This document shows positions 10,535 to 20,991 of a DNA stretch of 64,000 bases, in pieces. The stretch spans positions 25,753 to 89,752 of the forward strand of contig CAWHNN010000022.1 in assembly GCA_963830815.1 (NCBI GenBank), given 5' to 3'. Both the position numbers and the translations under genes were made by a program. Origin of the DNA: an uncultured Acidobacteriota bacterium. GTDB taxonomy: Bacteria; Acidobacteriota; Vicinamibacteria; Vicinamibacterales; 2-12-FULL-66-21. Positions within the stretch are counted from its first letter, which is position 1; every line of letters starts with the position of its first letter. The notes beneath the pieces were generated by a model. It saw nothing but the letters and a program-made list of their open reading frames with translations, was not told where the DNA came from and did not search any database.

Positions 10535-12480
10535 ATGCCCGAACTCCTCGCGGATCGCTTCATGCCCTTTGGCCGTGCGTGGGTAGACATCGCAACCGGC
10601 GCGCCGGCTCACCTGGTCTTCACGGCGGCGGGAGAGGCCTCGAGACAGATGATCTGGGACGATCAGTGCGCCGAGCGCTCGCGCCTGCGTCATCCGCTCC
10701 TCAATCCGCTCATCGACTACGGCGCGCTCGATAACGACCGGCTGTTCGAGGCCTATGCCGCTGGCGACACGGTCGCGCTCACGGCCGGTCTGGCCAGTCG
10801 GGCGCTCAGGCACGTCACACGCTTTCTCGAGTCGCGAGGTCTGCCGCTGTCGGCGGAACGATCGCGCGTGGCGCTTCGCGATATCTCGGGCGTTGTACGT
10901 GCGTCGGTCGAGCCCGACCGTACCGCCCGGCGCAAGTCGCGGTTGCGTGGGCCGACGCTGGGGATTGTCCTGCAGCCGCGTGTAATCCTCGATGCCTTGC
11001 GTGAGGCGCTCGACGGCGCCGGCCCGGGCGGCACGACCAGCCTGGAGATCTCCGGCGGCCGCGGCGCCGGTCTTCGCACAGCGCAATTGATGTCCGCTCG
11101 CATCGTCAGGCTCGCGGGTTTCGTTCCGGTTGCGAGCACGTCGATCGTGCGGCTGCCGTCGCTGCGCGACACGCTTCACAGACGGCACGTCTGCGTGTTC
11201 CTCGAAAATCACGACGCGGCCGAGCGCTGCGACGCTCGCTGCATTCCTGGCGTCGCTTGGCGTCGCCAGCTCGCGGCGGCACGTCCTGCTGCGGTTCAGC
11301 AGGAGCGAGGCCGTGCCGCGGGGCGCTCAGCCGCTTGATCGGACTGGGGATAACAGCCATGACTGCGATGGTGTTCACGGGCGAAGACGGCCCCTCCTAC
11401 GACGAGTTGTTCGATGCAGCGCGAGGAGCCGGAGGCCGTCCGGGCCTGTTTCTCGAGCGGCTGCGCGCAACACAGGTCGATCATCCGGCCGGGCGTACAC
11501 TGTCGTGCACGAGTCGGCGCCTGCCTACGTTCTCGATCCGCCGGCGCGCCCGGATCGCCACGACGTCAACCGGGTGCTGCGCGACGCGACTGAACGTGGC
11601 GCCCGGCTGGCAGCGCGCGGGCGTCACGCCGCCGCGATCCGCTTGCTGTCGAGGGCGTCGCGCGTACTGGAGGCTCGGGAGGAGCTTACGCTCGCGGCCT
11701 CCTGCGCAGAGGCGCTGGCCTGGATACTTCGCGGAAGAGGACATAGCGAGCTCGCCCTCGAGCAGTTCGAACGCGTGGAGACGTTGTTGCACCGCCTTCA
11801 GGGCGATCGGAGCGTGCAGCGGCCGAATAAAGAGGCGACAGCGCTGCAGGCCGTCATTGGCCGCGGTATCGTCTGGACCGATCAGTATCGGTTTCATCAA
11901 GCCGAGGCTGCGCTGCGCGCGGCGGTCGTATCCGCGAACGTCCTGCAGTCTCCAGGTCTGGCCGATCGCGCCTGCCTTGCTTTGGCGCGCTGCCTTTATT
12001 GGCAGGGTCGTCATGACGAGGCGGCGACACTATTGCGCGCCACGTTCGCAGATCGACAACCGGAAGAAGCGGCCGTCGAGGCGTGGGCGCTGATGTCCCG
12101 CGCTGCAGGCGGCGGGCAGCGATCTGCGCGCCGCGCTGCTGGCGGCGAACCGAGCGCTCGAGCACCTGAGCAGCGTGCGAGCCCCGCGCGTCGTCGTGCA
12201 GGTCCTCCGCACCATGGCCGTGGTCCAGCGCTGCGCGGGTGACGCCAGTCAGCAACGCCTGTGGAGCGAACGCGCTCTCCAGGCCGCGACCGATGCCCGG
12301 TTGCCGCTCGCCGCGCTGCGCGCGCGCGGACTGTTCGTCGAGGCGAGCATCGGCAGCAGCGATCCGCGGCTGGCACGCTGGCTGGCACACCTTCGAGCCG
12401 CGCTGGCCAGACGTCCGCTGCCGGAAACCGTCAGGCGCGAGATACAGGGCGTGTGCCAAGCTCGTTCGCGCGCGCCGGCC
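10535..12480 (+). CDS. large hypothetical regulatory protein (degenerate P-loop/STAND-like region plus TPR-like helices). It may be the N-terminal extension of the downstream sigma-54 activator. Several frame interruptions.
   Basis: Sense-looking segments are spread over three + frames (ORFs 10535.., 11130.., 11257.., 12175..). Examples: ISGGRGAGLRTAQLMSARIV, VCVFLENHD, and TPR-like AAIRLLSRASRVLEAREELTLAASCAEALAWIL. The boundaries and the one-gene versus two-gene call are uncertain. Confidence 0.4.
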
Positions 12481-12491
12481 GCAGATGCGGC

Positions 12492-13885
12492 ATGTTCTCC
12501 GAGCGCGCTCTTCGAGAGCTGGAGAAGCTGCTGGAGCTCGCCCAATCGGCTTCGTCCGATACCGAGGCGGCCGACGCCGTGTGTCGATTCGTCCTCGAGC
12601 GCTCGCGCGCGATAGGGGTGCAAATCGTTGCCCCATCGGGGCGCCGCGGGTTGTCGCGCGGGCAGGACGGCCGTGGTCATGCGAACCGATGACGCTGTCC
12701 CGTGCCACAGCAGCACGCCGGGTTGTCGGCGCGGCAGGGGATTGTTTCCACGACGACCATCTCGCAGCCGAAGCCGTGCGCTGGGCCGACGAAGCAGTCG
12801 CGGTGTTGTGCTGCCGCTGGGCGCTCGACGCCGGCATCGATCGCGCGAATGCGTCGGCATTGGTTCGCGCCGCGGCGCTCGTCGTTGCGCCCTCCGTACG
12901 CGGCATACTCGACACTCCCACCCTCGTCGCGACGGACGCGGCGTTCACCGACCTTATCGGCGCGAGCGAGGGCGCGACAGCGCTCCTTACGTCGATCCAC
13001 CGCGCGGCGCGAGCGCCGTATCCGGTGCTCATCGAGGGTGAGAGCGGCAGCGGCAAGGAGCTCGTTGCGAGGGGCATCCACCGGCTTGGCACGCGTCGCG
13101 ATCGGCGGCTGTGCACCCTCAATTGCGCTGCGCTGTCGGACGAACTGCTCGAAGCCGAGCTCTTTGGGCACGCGCGCGGTGCCTTCACTGGCGCAGTGGC
13201 TGAGCGCCCGGGGCTTTTCGAGGAAGCGGATGGCGGCACCATCTTTCTCGACGAAGTAGGAGAGCTGTCGGGTCGGGCCCAGGCGAAGCTGCTGCGCGTC
13301 CTGCAGGATGGCGAGGTGCGGCGTGTGGGCGAGAACCTGCCGCGACGAGTGGACGCGCGAATTGTGGCCGCAACCAATCGCCGGCTCGAAGAGGAGGTCG
13401 CGGGCAATCGGTTTCGGGCGGACCTGCGCTTTCGGCTCGACGTCATACGAATTGTCGTCCCGCCGTTGCGCGAACGCGCGACTGACATCCCGGCGCTCGC
13501 GGCCCGCTTCTGGGCTGACGCCGCGAACCGTGTCGGGACAACGGCCGTGTTGTCGACCGAGGCAGTGGCGGCGTTGGCCCGATACGACTGGCCGGGGAAC
13601 ATCCGCGAGCTGCAGAACGTGATCGCATCGCTCGCCGTGCACTCGCCACGCCGGGGCCGCATCCTGCCATCGCTCCTGCCCGCACACATCGCCAGATACG
13701 GCGCGAGCTGCGCAACCACGTTCGAGACGGCCAGGCAAGAGTTCGAGCGCCGGTTTGTACGGGCCGCGCTCGCGGGCGCCGGCGGGAAGCGCGCACGCGC
13801 CGCTCGAGCGCTCGGAGTTTCTCGCCAGGGCCTTGCCAAGATGCTCCGGCGGCTGCGGATCGATGACCAATGTCGATCGGCGTGA
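12492..13885 (+). CDS. sigma-54-dependent transcriptional activator (GAF-like sensor, AAA+ domain, Fis-type HTH); at least one frame interruption near 12640-12700
   Basis: Walker A GESGSGKE, the sigma-54 contact loop GAFTGA, Walker B TIFLDEVGEL, WPGNIRELQN, and a C-terminal HTH (RAARALGVSRQGLAKMLRRL). Confidence 0.85.
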
Positions 13886-13956
13886 GGTCAGGCAGCAGGT
13901 GCGGCATGGCCTGTAACGTCTGCCCTGGCGATGTTGAGTGATATCCTCAGTCGCCG

Positions 13957-14877
13957 ATGGGGGCGTATCTCATTCGCCGGATTCTGATGACGATTCCGGT
14001 CCTGCTCGGCGTCGCGACGCTGGTGTTCGCGCTGATCCACCTGGTGCCCGGCGATCCCGCGCAGTCGATGCTCGGCGAGGGTGCATCTCCGGAGGAAGTG
14101 GCCGCCCTGCGCCATTCGCTCGGCCTCGATCGCCCGCTGCTCACCCAATACAAGAGTTTTCTCACCGGGCTCGTCAAAGGCGATCTTGGATTGTCGTTTC
14201 GCTACGGGACGCCCGTGACGCGTGAAATCCGCGACCGGTTGTTCCGGACGGTGCAGCTCGCGGCCGCTGCGATGTTCGTCGCCATCCTCTGCGCGTTGCC
14301 GCTCGGCATCGTTGCCGCCGTCTATCGAGGCACGGCAGTCGATCACCTCGCGATGACGCTGGCGCTCGCCGGCATCTCGATGCCGAACTTCTGGCTGGGA
14401 CCGCTTCTCGCCATTCTGTTCGCCGTCAATCTCGGCTGGTTGCCGGTTGCCGGTACCGGTTCGTTCGCGCACATCGTGCTGCCGGCGGTCACGCTCGGCG
14501 TCGCCCTGGCGGCGATCCTCGCGCGGATGACGCGCGCCAGCCTGCTCGAGGAACTGCGCGAGCTCTATGTCCTCGCCGCGCGCGCCCGGGGCCTGTCGCG
14601 CTTTCGGGCCATCGTCCGGCACGCGTTCCGCAACAGCCTGATCCCGGTCGTGACGATCATCGGGCTGCAGTTCGGCGCGGTGCTCACCGGGACGATCATC
14701 ACCGAGACGATCTTTGCGTGGCCCGGCGTCGGGCGGCTATTGATCCAGGCGATCAACTTCCGGGACTATCCCCTGGTGCAGGGCTGCATCCTGTTTATTT
14801 CTCTTACGTACGTGCTCATGAATCTCGTGACGGACCTCACCTACGGTCTGCTCGATCCACGCATCCGGTACGACTGA
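13957..14877 (+). CDS. ABC transporter permease, DppB/OppB family
   Basis: Intact 306-aa ORF: MGAYLIRRILMTIPVLLGVATLVFALIHLVPGDP... with the characteristic C-terminal LLDPRIRY. Confidence 0.85.
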   Translation: MGAYLIRRILMTIPVLLGVATLVFALIHLVPGDPAQSMLGEGASPEEVAALRHSLGLDRPLLTQYKSFLTGLVKGDLGLSFRYGTPVTREIRDRLFRTVQLAAAAMFVAILCALPLGIVAAVYRGTAVDHLAMTLALAGISMPNFWLGPLLAILFAVNLGWLPVAGTGSFAHIVLPAVTLGVALAAILARMTRASLLEELRELYVLAARARGLSRFRAIVRHAFRNSLIPVVTIIGLQFGAVLTGTIITETIFAWPGVGRLLIQAINFRDYPLVQGCILFISLTYVLMNLVTDLTYGLLDPRIRYD

Positions 14878-15671
14878 TGATCCGCGTCGGAACAGCCATC
14901 GTCCTCCTCACGATCGTGGCGGCCCTGCTGGGGCCAATCGCGTCGCCGTACGATCCGGCGGCGCAGGAATTGTCGCGGCGTCTCGAAAGCCCAAGCCTGT
15001 CGCACCCCTTCGGTCTCGACGAGCTTGGCCGCGACATCCTGTCTCGGCTGCTCTCCGGCGCGCGCATTTCGCTGCTCGTCGGTCTGGCCGTCGTGTCTGT
15101 TTCTTCGGTCGTCGGCATGACGCTCGGATCGATCGCCGGGTACTTCGGCGGGCTCGTGGACGATCTGATCAGCAGGGTAGTGGACGTTCTGATGGCGTTT
15201 CCCGGAATCCTCCTGGCGATAGCGCTCGTCGCAGTGCTCGGACCGAGCCTTACCAACGTCGTGATTGCGCTGTCGGTGATCGGGTGGGTTGGCTACGCCC
15301 GTCTCGTGCGCAGCCAGGCGCTGCGCGCCCGCGAGTTCGAGTTCGTGCAGGCGGCGCGGGCACTCGGCGCGGGAGCGCCCCGGATCGTTCTGCGGCATGT
15401 CCTGCCGACGGCATTGCCTGCCGTGGTGGTCCAGGCGACGCTCGGAATGGCGGGCGCGATCATCGCGGAAGCGTCGTTGAGCTTCCTCGGTCTTGGCGTA
15501 CAACCGCCGACGCCGAGCTGGGGGACGATGCTTGATGCTGGCCGGTCGCATCTGTTCGATGCGCCGCACCTCACGATCTTCCCGGGCCTCGCGATCGCGA
15601 CGCTCGTCCTGGGCTTCAATTTTCTGGGTGACGGTCTTCGCGACCGGGTCGATCCGAAGCTGGCGAAGTAG
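14877..15671 (+). CDS. ABC transporter permease, DppC/OppC family
   Basis: ATG at 14877 overlaps the upstream TGA. HPFGLDELGRDILSRL and the binding-protein-dependent transport signature are present. Intact. Confidence 0.85.
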   Translation: MIRVGTAIVLLTIVAALLGPIASPYDPAAQELSRRLESPSLSHPFGLDELGRDILSRLLSGARISLLVGLAVVSVSSVVGMTLGSIAGYFGGLVDDLISRVVDVLMAFPGILLAIALVAVLGPSLTNVVIALSVIGWVGYARLVRSQALRAREFEFVQAARALGAGAPRIVLRHVLPTALPAVVVQATLGMAGAIIAEASLSFLGLGVQPPTPSWGTMLDAGRSHLFDAPHLTIFPGLAIATLVLGFNFLGDGLRDRVDPKLAK

Positions 15672-15708
15672 ACACGCCCACTGGCCGCCGGTTCGCCGCG
15701 GCCGCCCC

Positions 15709-17084
15709 CTATCGGATTCTCGCGCGCAGGTTGCGCGCGCCGACGTTCTCCGGATGCTTCTCGAGCAGCTTGTCGAGGATTATCTTTGCCGCATCTGGCT
15801 GGCCGGCGCGCCAGCGTGCGGCCGCGAGCTTGACGAGGAACGTTTCGTCACCTGAAAGCTGCGGCGCGGCGCGTTCGTAGTAGGTGGCGGCGACGGGGAA
15901 GTCCTCGACGCGCATCGACAGATCGGCGACGCGGATCGACAGATTGGCCCGGCGGCGGGCGTCGCTATCTTCGCCGGCGAGCGCGCTGTAGTCGATGAGC
16001 GCCTGCCGGGCGACGTCGTAGTGGGCGCGCCGTTCGGCGGCGTCAGCCAGGTAGTAGAACGCGAGCGGATCTGCGGGCAGCTTCCGGGTCGCCTGCTGCA
16101 GCATCCGTTCGGCCGAATCCGCATCGGCCGCGAGCAGGAGCGCGCGGCCATAGAGCAGGCACGCCTCGCTCGAGCTGTCGTCGTCTACTGCCTTCTCGAG
16201 CGCTTCGAGCGCCTTGTTCAGGTCGAAACGATCCGAGCGCGCCTGCGCCGACTCGAGCCACACCCGCCCGAGCGCGAGAAAAATACTGCGGTCGTGCGGA
16301 TATCGCTCGGAGGCGTGACGCAGCAGCACGACGGCGCGATCCGCCTGCCCGGCCTTGGAGTACGCCAGGCCAAGCGCAACGTCGCGGGCCGGCCCCGGCT
16401 CGAGAGCGCCGAGCGCCTCGAGTTGATTGACCCATTCAGCCGTTCGGCCAAGCCGCCCATACAGGTCGGCGAGCTCTTCGCGCGCGCGCGTCAGGCCGGG
16501 CGCGAGTGCGATTGCGCGTTGCAGGGACGTGACCGCCTCTGCCGGCTGCTGCGCGTCACGCTGGCACAGGGCCAGCAGATAGTGCGCCTCGGCGAAGTTG
16601 TCGTCGATGGCGAGTGCCTTCTGGAGCGCCTCCATGCCCAGCGTCGGCTGCCCGGCCCGGTAGCGCGCAAGAGCAAGTTTGTAGAGAACGCGCGGCGAAC
16701 GATCGTCGAGGTCCACGTACGCCTGATAGTGCTCGGCGGCCGGCATGTAGCGGTGCCGCGCCGAGTTGACGTCTCCAAGGAGCTCGCGGGGCCGCGGCGC
16801 GCCCGGGTCGAGCTGCGCCGCCTGGCGCAGGTCGCGAAGGGCCGCTTCCAGTTCGTCGCGACGGCGATAGGCGTCGCCGCGCATCAGGTACCCGATCATC
16901 GAGTCGCTTTTGAGCGCGATGGCGCCGCTGAACGCCTCGATGGCCGTGGACAGGTCTCCGGCTGCCATGGCGGCGTCGCCACTGCGTATCAGGTCGCGAT
17001 GACGGGCTTCCGGTCCGTGACGACGTAGCCATAGACGGCGGCCATCCCGACGAGCACGATCAGGCCGGCCAGAAGGCGCTTCAC
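15709..17084 (-). CDS. membrane-anchored TPR-repeat protein; probable frame interruption near 16990
   Basis: The 419-aa ORF 15709..16968 is all TPR-like repeats. Upstream, in another frame, a GTG at 17084 (AGGA 8 nt upstream) encodes a TM helix, KRLLAGLIVLVGMAAVYGYVV. It joins DLIRSGDAAMAAGDL if one indel is allowed. Confidence 0.65.
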
Positions 17085-17124
17085 CCTGGAGATCCTAGCA
17101 TTTACCGGGCATTTACTGGTTGCG

Positions 17125-17152
17125 GGAACCTCTAGCGTGCAACGGGTTCTAA
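17125..17152 (+). promoter_or_regulatory. candidate ECF (sigma-E-type) autoregulatory promoter: GGAACCT-N16-TCTAA
   Basis: GGAACCT at 17125..17131, a 16-nt spacer, then TCTAA at 17148..17152, about 47 nt upstream of the ECF sigma start. The same motif architecture recurs at 56910..56937. Confidence 0.45.
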
Positions 17153-17198
17153 TGGTGTAAGAAGCTGCCGTGATTCCTCTAAACGGTGGAGTGCTAAG

Positions 17199-17816
17199 AT
17201 GGCACAGGGACTGTCTGTGAAGCCGGTTCGAGCCATCACCTGGACGGAAGTCGGAGGGCGGGAAGCCGCTCTCATTCAGCGCTGCGCCGCACGCGACGAA
17301 GAGGCCTGCGCCGAGCTCGTCAATGAGCACCAGCGGATGGTCTATCAGCTCGCGCTGAACCTCCTCGGTGAGCATAACGAGGCCCTCGACCTCTCCCAGG
17401 AGGTGTTTCTCAGGGTCTTTCGCACGATTCATACGTTCCGGGGCCAGTCCGCGCTGCGGACGTGGATCTTCCGGATCGTCATCAACCAGGCGAGAAACCG
17501 TCAGCGGTGGTGGCGGCGGCGTCATCGCTCGCAGCAGGTATCACTCGACGAGCACATTCGCGATCACGGTGATCCGCCCGAGCGCGGCAACGGGGGATCG
17601 CCCGACCGCGTGCTGGGGCAGAAAGTGCTCGCCGATCGGATCCGGACGGCGCTCGACGAACTGCCGTTCGACCAGCGCACGGCGCTGGTGCTGCGCGAGA
17701 TCGATGGATTGAGCTACGACGAGATCGGGTTTTCACTAGGCATCGCCGTCGGGACCGTCAAGTCGCGGCTCGCAAGAGCACGCGAGGCCCTGCGGGCGGA
17801 ATTGAGGGACGTATGA
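17199..17816 (+). CDS. RNA polymerase sigma factor, ECF subfamily
   Basis: Intact 205-aa ORF with region 2 (VYQLALNLLGEHNEALDLSQEVFLRVF) and region 4 (FDQRTALVLREIDGLSYDEIGFSLGIAVGTVKSRLARAR). Confidence 0.9.
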   Translation: MAQGLSVKPVRAITWTEVGGREAALIQRCAARDEEACAELVNEHQRMVYQLALNLLGEHNEALDLSQEVFLRVFRTIHTFRGQSALRTWIFRIVINQARNRQRWWRRRHRSQQVSLDEHIRDHGDPPERGNGGSPDRVLGQKVLADRIRTALDELPFDQRTALVLREIDGLSYDEIGFSLGIAVGTVKSRLARAREALRAELRDV

Positions 17817-18577
17817 GGTTGTTGACCTGCGCGGCGGTACGTCGGCGGCTGGCAGCCTTTCACGATCGCGAACTGGGCGTGGGCGAGATGATCGCCTTCG
17901 AAAGCCACCTCAAGGACTGCCCGCCCTGCGCCGGTGAGCTGGCCGAGCTCCAGAACATCGGCGGCCTCCTGCGGATCACGGCGGCGTCCGCGCCGGCCGA
18001 CGACGAGTGGGCGGGCCTCGCGCCCGGCGTCGTGAGCCGGATGTGCGCGGAGAATCACGAGTCGCTCCGGGCGCGCATCGGCCGTGTCTTCGAAGACATG
18101 CACCTCGTCTGGATCGCGCTCGCGTCGACGACGGCGACGTTCCTGTGCGGCGCGATTGCCCTCGGCACGCTGCAATTCGCTTCTCCCAAGCGCTTCGACT
18201 CGATGGCGGCGGTGATTGCAGTGATGGCCGCGCCGTCGGGCTCTGATCTGAATCCGGCGCGTCTCGACGGCCGCTACCGCTTCCCGAGCGTGCCGCAGGG
18301 CGGAGTGGTGCAGCGGACGCTCGAAAGCACGGCGCTCGCCGACAGCGTTTCGGAAGCCGATACGATGCTGGCCGTGTCCGCGGTCGTCACGCGCGAAGGC
18401 CGGGTGTCGGATCTGTTCGTGCTCGCCAACGATCACCAGGGCCGGCAGGTGTCGAGCATTCTCGACGCGATCTCCCAGACGCGGCTGCAGCCGGCGGAGC
18501 TCGCGGGTTCGCCCGTTGCCGTGAACCTCGTCTGGCTGCTCGCCCAGACCACCGTCAAGCCCAAGAGCCGGTCGTAG
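17813..18577 (+). CDS. zf-HC2 anti-sigma factor, single-pass membrane protein
   Basis: ATGA overlap with the sigma gene. H-x3-C-x2-C motif (HLKDCPPC), a central TM helix (LVWIALASTTATFLCGAIALG) and an extracytoplasmic C-terminal domain. Confidence 0.75.
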   Translation: MRLLTCAAVRRRLAAFHDRELGVGEMIAFESHLKDCPPCAGELAELQNIGGLLRITAASAPADDEWAGLAPGVVSRMCAENHESLRARIGRVFEDMHLVWIALASTTATFLCGAIALGTLQFASPKRFDSMAAVIAVMAAPSGSDLNPARLDGRYRFPSVPQGGVVQRTLESTALADSVSEADTMLAVSAVVTREGRVSDLFVLANDHQGRQVSSILDAISQTRLQPAELAGSPVAVNLVWLLAQTTVKPKSRS

Positions 18578-18623
18578 CCGGCTCGCAGCCCCCTGAGCTT
18601 CCGCGCATGCGCGAGCGGTCGCC

Positions 18624-20933
18624 TCAACGCTGCAGCATCGCAACGGCCGTGGCGACGTTGTTCATGGCATCGGTCGCACGGATGATGACGCTCTTGCCGC
18701 CCTCGCTGTCATCGACGGCGACTTCGAAATCCTCTCGCCTCGAGTCCGGGATCCCGTCTTTCGGATAGACCATGCGCCACCGGCTGGCATCGAGCGAGTA
18801 CTCGACTCTTTGAACGGCGGACTGATCGTCCCGCACCACGAAGTTGATGGTCGACCGCGTGCCCGTTCGCGTCACCGGCTGGATCTCGATCCGCGGCGAG
18901 GTGTTGTCGATGTCGAAATTCGCGCTCTCGAGATCGCCGGCGAGCGCCGTCGTCGGGGCATTCGCCGGCGCATCCGAAGCGGTCACGCGGACGACGTAGG
19001 TGCCATCTGGAACTGACGTCGTGTCCCAGACGAAGATCGCGTCCCAGATCCCGCGCTTCAAGGCCTTCCACGCCGTGTCGCCTTCGCGCCTGTACGAAAC
19101 GTCGTACTGCAGCCGATCGCCGTTGGCGTCTTCGGCCTTCCACACGAACGTCTGCAGGCCCTTCTGGTAGATGCGCCGGCCAAGCGGAGGGGGCGGCGGA
19201 AGCGTTCCTCCCGGGCCGGTCTGACTCTGCGCCGGCGTCTTGCCGTCGGACGTGTTGTCTTCGAACCCGGCAATCTCGATCTCGCTGCCGGAGAACGGAC
19301 GTTGAAAGACCACGCCAGGCGGATGGACTGTGATGGTCGCGACCTCGGGCCTGAGGTTGCGTGGCAGATAAGCGGCTGTCACCGACGTCAGGATTGGTGA
19401 TGCGCTGTCGCCGGCGAGCGTCGCACGCCACTGGAGATAACGCGCGTTTGGACTGGCGATTTGTTCGCCTTCAGCATTGCTGTACGGCTTCGACCACGCG
19501 CTCCAGGTTTCGTCCGGCGTCGCGGTGTTGCCGGAGCGCGACAGCAGCTGGATCTGGCCAGGCTTTGCCGACGCCCGCCACCTGATAACACCCCAGCTCG
19601 CGACTGTGCCGGCATCGCGGACGTCGGACTCGTAGCTGCCCTTGGCCGCGGGGTTGGCGGACAGCGCGAAAATCTTGCCCGGATTGCTCGTCGCCCCCAG
19701 GACCCGGCCCGACGGCTCGCGCATCAGCGCGGTGATCTGTCGCGCCGCGGCGCGCGAGAGCAGAGTGGCTCGCGCCGGATCGCCGGTGACACGGAAGATC
19801 TTTCCTTCCGGGCCGGTGCCCACGAGCAGGCTCCCGCCTGGCTCGACGAGCAGATCGAATGGCGAATCCTCGCCGGTTTCCCAGTAGGTGTCCCACAGGC
19901 CGTTCGGCCGGATGCGATAGACGGCGCCGCGATTGCTCCGCCGCGACGCACCGGATATCACCGGAGTGCCGGCAGACGCTGCCGATCCGGCATCAACCAC
20001 GGAGATGGCGGTGATCTCGGTCGATACCGTTGGCACAGGGGCGCGGCCGCTCTCGGTCGTACTCGGCAGCAGCGACCGATCTTCGGTGACCGCAGTCGAT
20101 CCGCTCACCGCCGCGGCGTAGAGCGTGCCATCGTCTGCCAGCCGCAGCGCGTGAATCTCCTTGTAGGGTGAGTCGAGGAGGACGAATGCCTTGCCCGAGG
20201 CGTCGATCCGGAAGACGCGTCCAGGAGACTCGGTGCCGGCGAGCAGGTCGCCCGAGGGCGCGAACGCCAGCGAGACGACGTTGGTCGAACTGGTCTTGTA
20301 GAAGCGGGTGCCTTTGCCGTCCGGCGTGATCTTGTAGATGACGCCCTTGTCGCCGGTGGCGGCGAAGAGGTTTCCCGCGCGATCGAGCGCGAGCGCCCAG
20401 ATGTATTTGTCTTCCGGATCGAAGAACGTCCGCGAACTGCCGTCGGCATTCACCTGATAGATCTTGCCGTCGGGAGACGTCGCGACATAGAGACCGTTGT
20501 TCGGCGCGGGCACGATGGCGTGGACTTCGAGCTCGGTCGCGTCGAAGAACGTCGCGACCTTGCCGTCCTTGCCGATCTTGAGCACCTTGCCCTCGTTCCC
20601 GGTTCCCGCCCACAGCGTGCCGTCGGCGCCGGTGGCGACTGTCCACAGGAACGGCGCGGCGGTCTCGGCGACGAGCGACGTCGAGGGGCCGAGGAACATG
20701 CGGCCGTCGCTGTCGACAGAGAGATCTTCGACGTCGCCTTTCAGGAAGTCGCTCTGGGTCGAAACCGTCCAGAACGTCGGCACGGCGCCGACAAGCGCGG
20801 CGGACGCGAGCCCGACGATCCCGGCGATCGACGCGAGACGAGATCGCCGGCTTGTCGAAGAGCGGGGGAGTGCGCGCGCGCCGCGACAGACCACGACGAG
20901 AAAGAGTTCGGAACTCCATGCGCATAGCTTCAA
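18624..20933 (-). CDS. secreted beta-propeller repeat protein with a C-terminal Ig-like domain (function unknown)
   Basis: Intact 769-aa ORF. Signal-anchor-like N-terminus, then many GxDGxxY/W...G.GKV/IY..-type propeller blades. The C-terminal beta-sandwich-like region reads TYVVRVTASD...VEYSLDASRW. The start codon is uncertain. Confidence 0.6.
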   Translation of the reverse strand: MKLCAWSSELFLVVVCRGARALPRSSTSRRSRLASIAGIVGLASAALVGAVPTFWTVSTQSDFLKGDVEDLSVDSDGRMFLGPSTSLVAETAAPFLWTVATGADGTLWAGTGNEGKVLKIGKDGKVATFFDATELEVHAIVPAPNNGLYVATSPDGKIYQVNADGSSRTFFDPEDKYIWALALDRAGNLFAATGDKGVIYKITPDGKGTRFYKTSSTNVVSLAFAPSGDLLAGTESPGRVFRIDASGKAFVLLDSPYKEIHALRLADDGTLYAAAVSGSTAVTEDRSLLPSTTESGRAPVPTVSTEITAISVVDAGSAASAGTPVISGASRRSNRGAVYRIRPNGLWDTYWETGEDSPFDLLVEPGGSLLVGTGPEGKIFRVTGDPARATLLSRAAARQITALMREPSGRVLGATSNPGKIFALSANPAAKGSYESDVRDAGTVASWGVIRWRASAKPGQIQLLSRSGNTATPDETWSAWSKPYSNAEGEQIASPNARYLQWRATLAGDSASPILTSVTAAYLPRNLRPEVATITVHPPGVVFQRPFSGSEIEIAGFEDNTSDGKTPAQSQTGPGGTLPPPPPLGRRIYQKGLQTFVWKAEDANGDRLQYDVSYRREGDTAWKALKRGIWDAIFVWDTTSVPDGTYVVRVTASDAPANAPTTALAGDLESANFDIDNTSPRIEIQPVTRTGTRSTINFVVRDDQSAVQRVEYSLDASRWRMVYPKDGIPDSRREDFEVAVDDSEGGKSVIIRATDAMNNVATAVAMLQR

Positions 20934-20991
20934 TCAGTGCCACAGATAACACGGACAACACGGATAGGAGGGCAGGTGTGAATGAGGTCCA

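Noticed and set aside
13886-13956. Sigma-54 promoter (TGGCAC-N5-TTGC) downstream of the sigma-54 activator, in front of the permease genes.
   Set aside because: Several TGGC-like strings occur (TGGCCTG, CTGGCGA), but none has the GG-N10-GC spacing.
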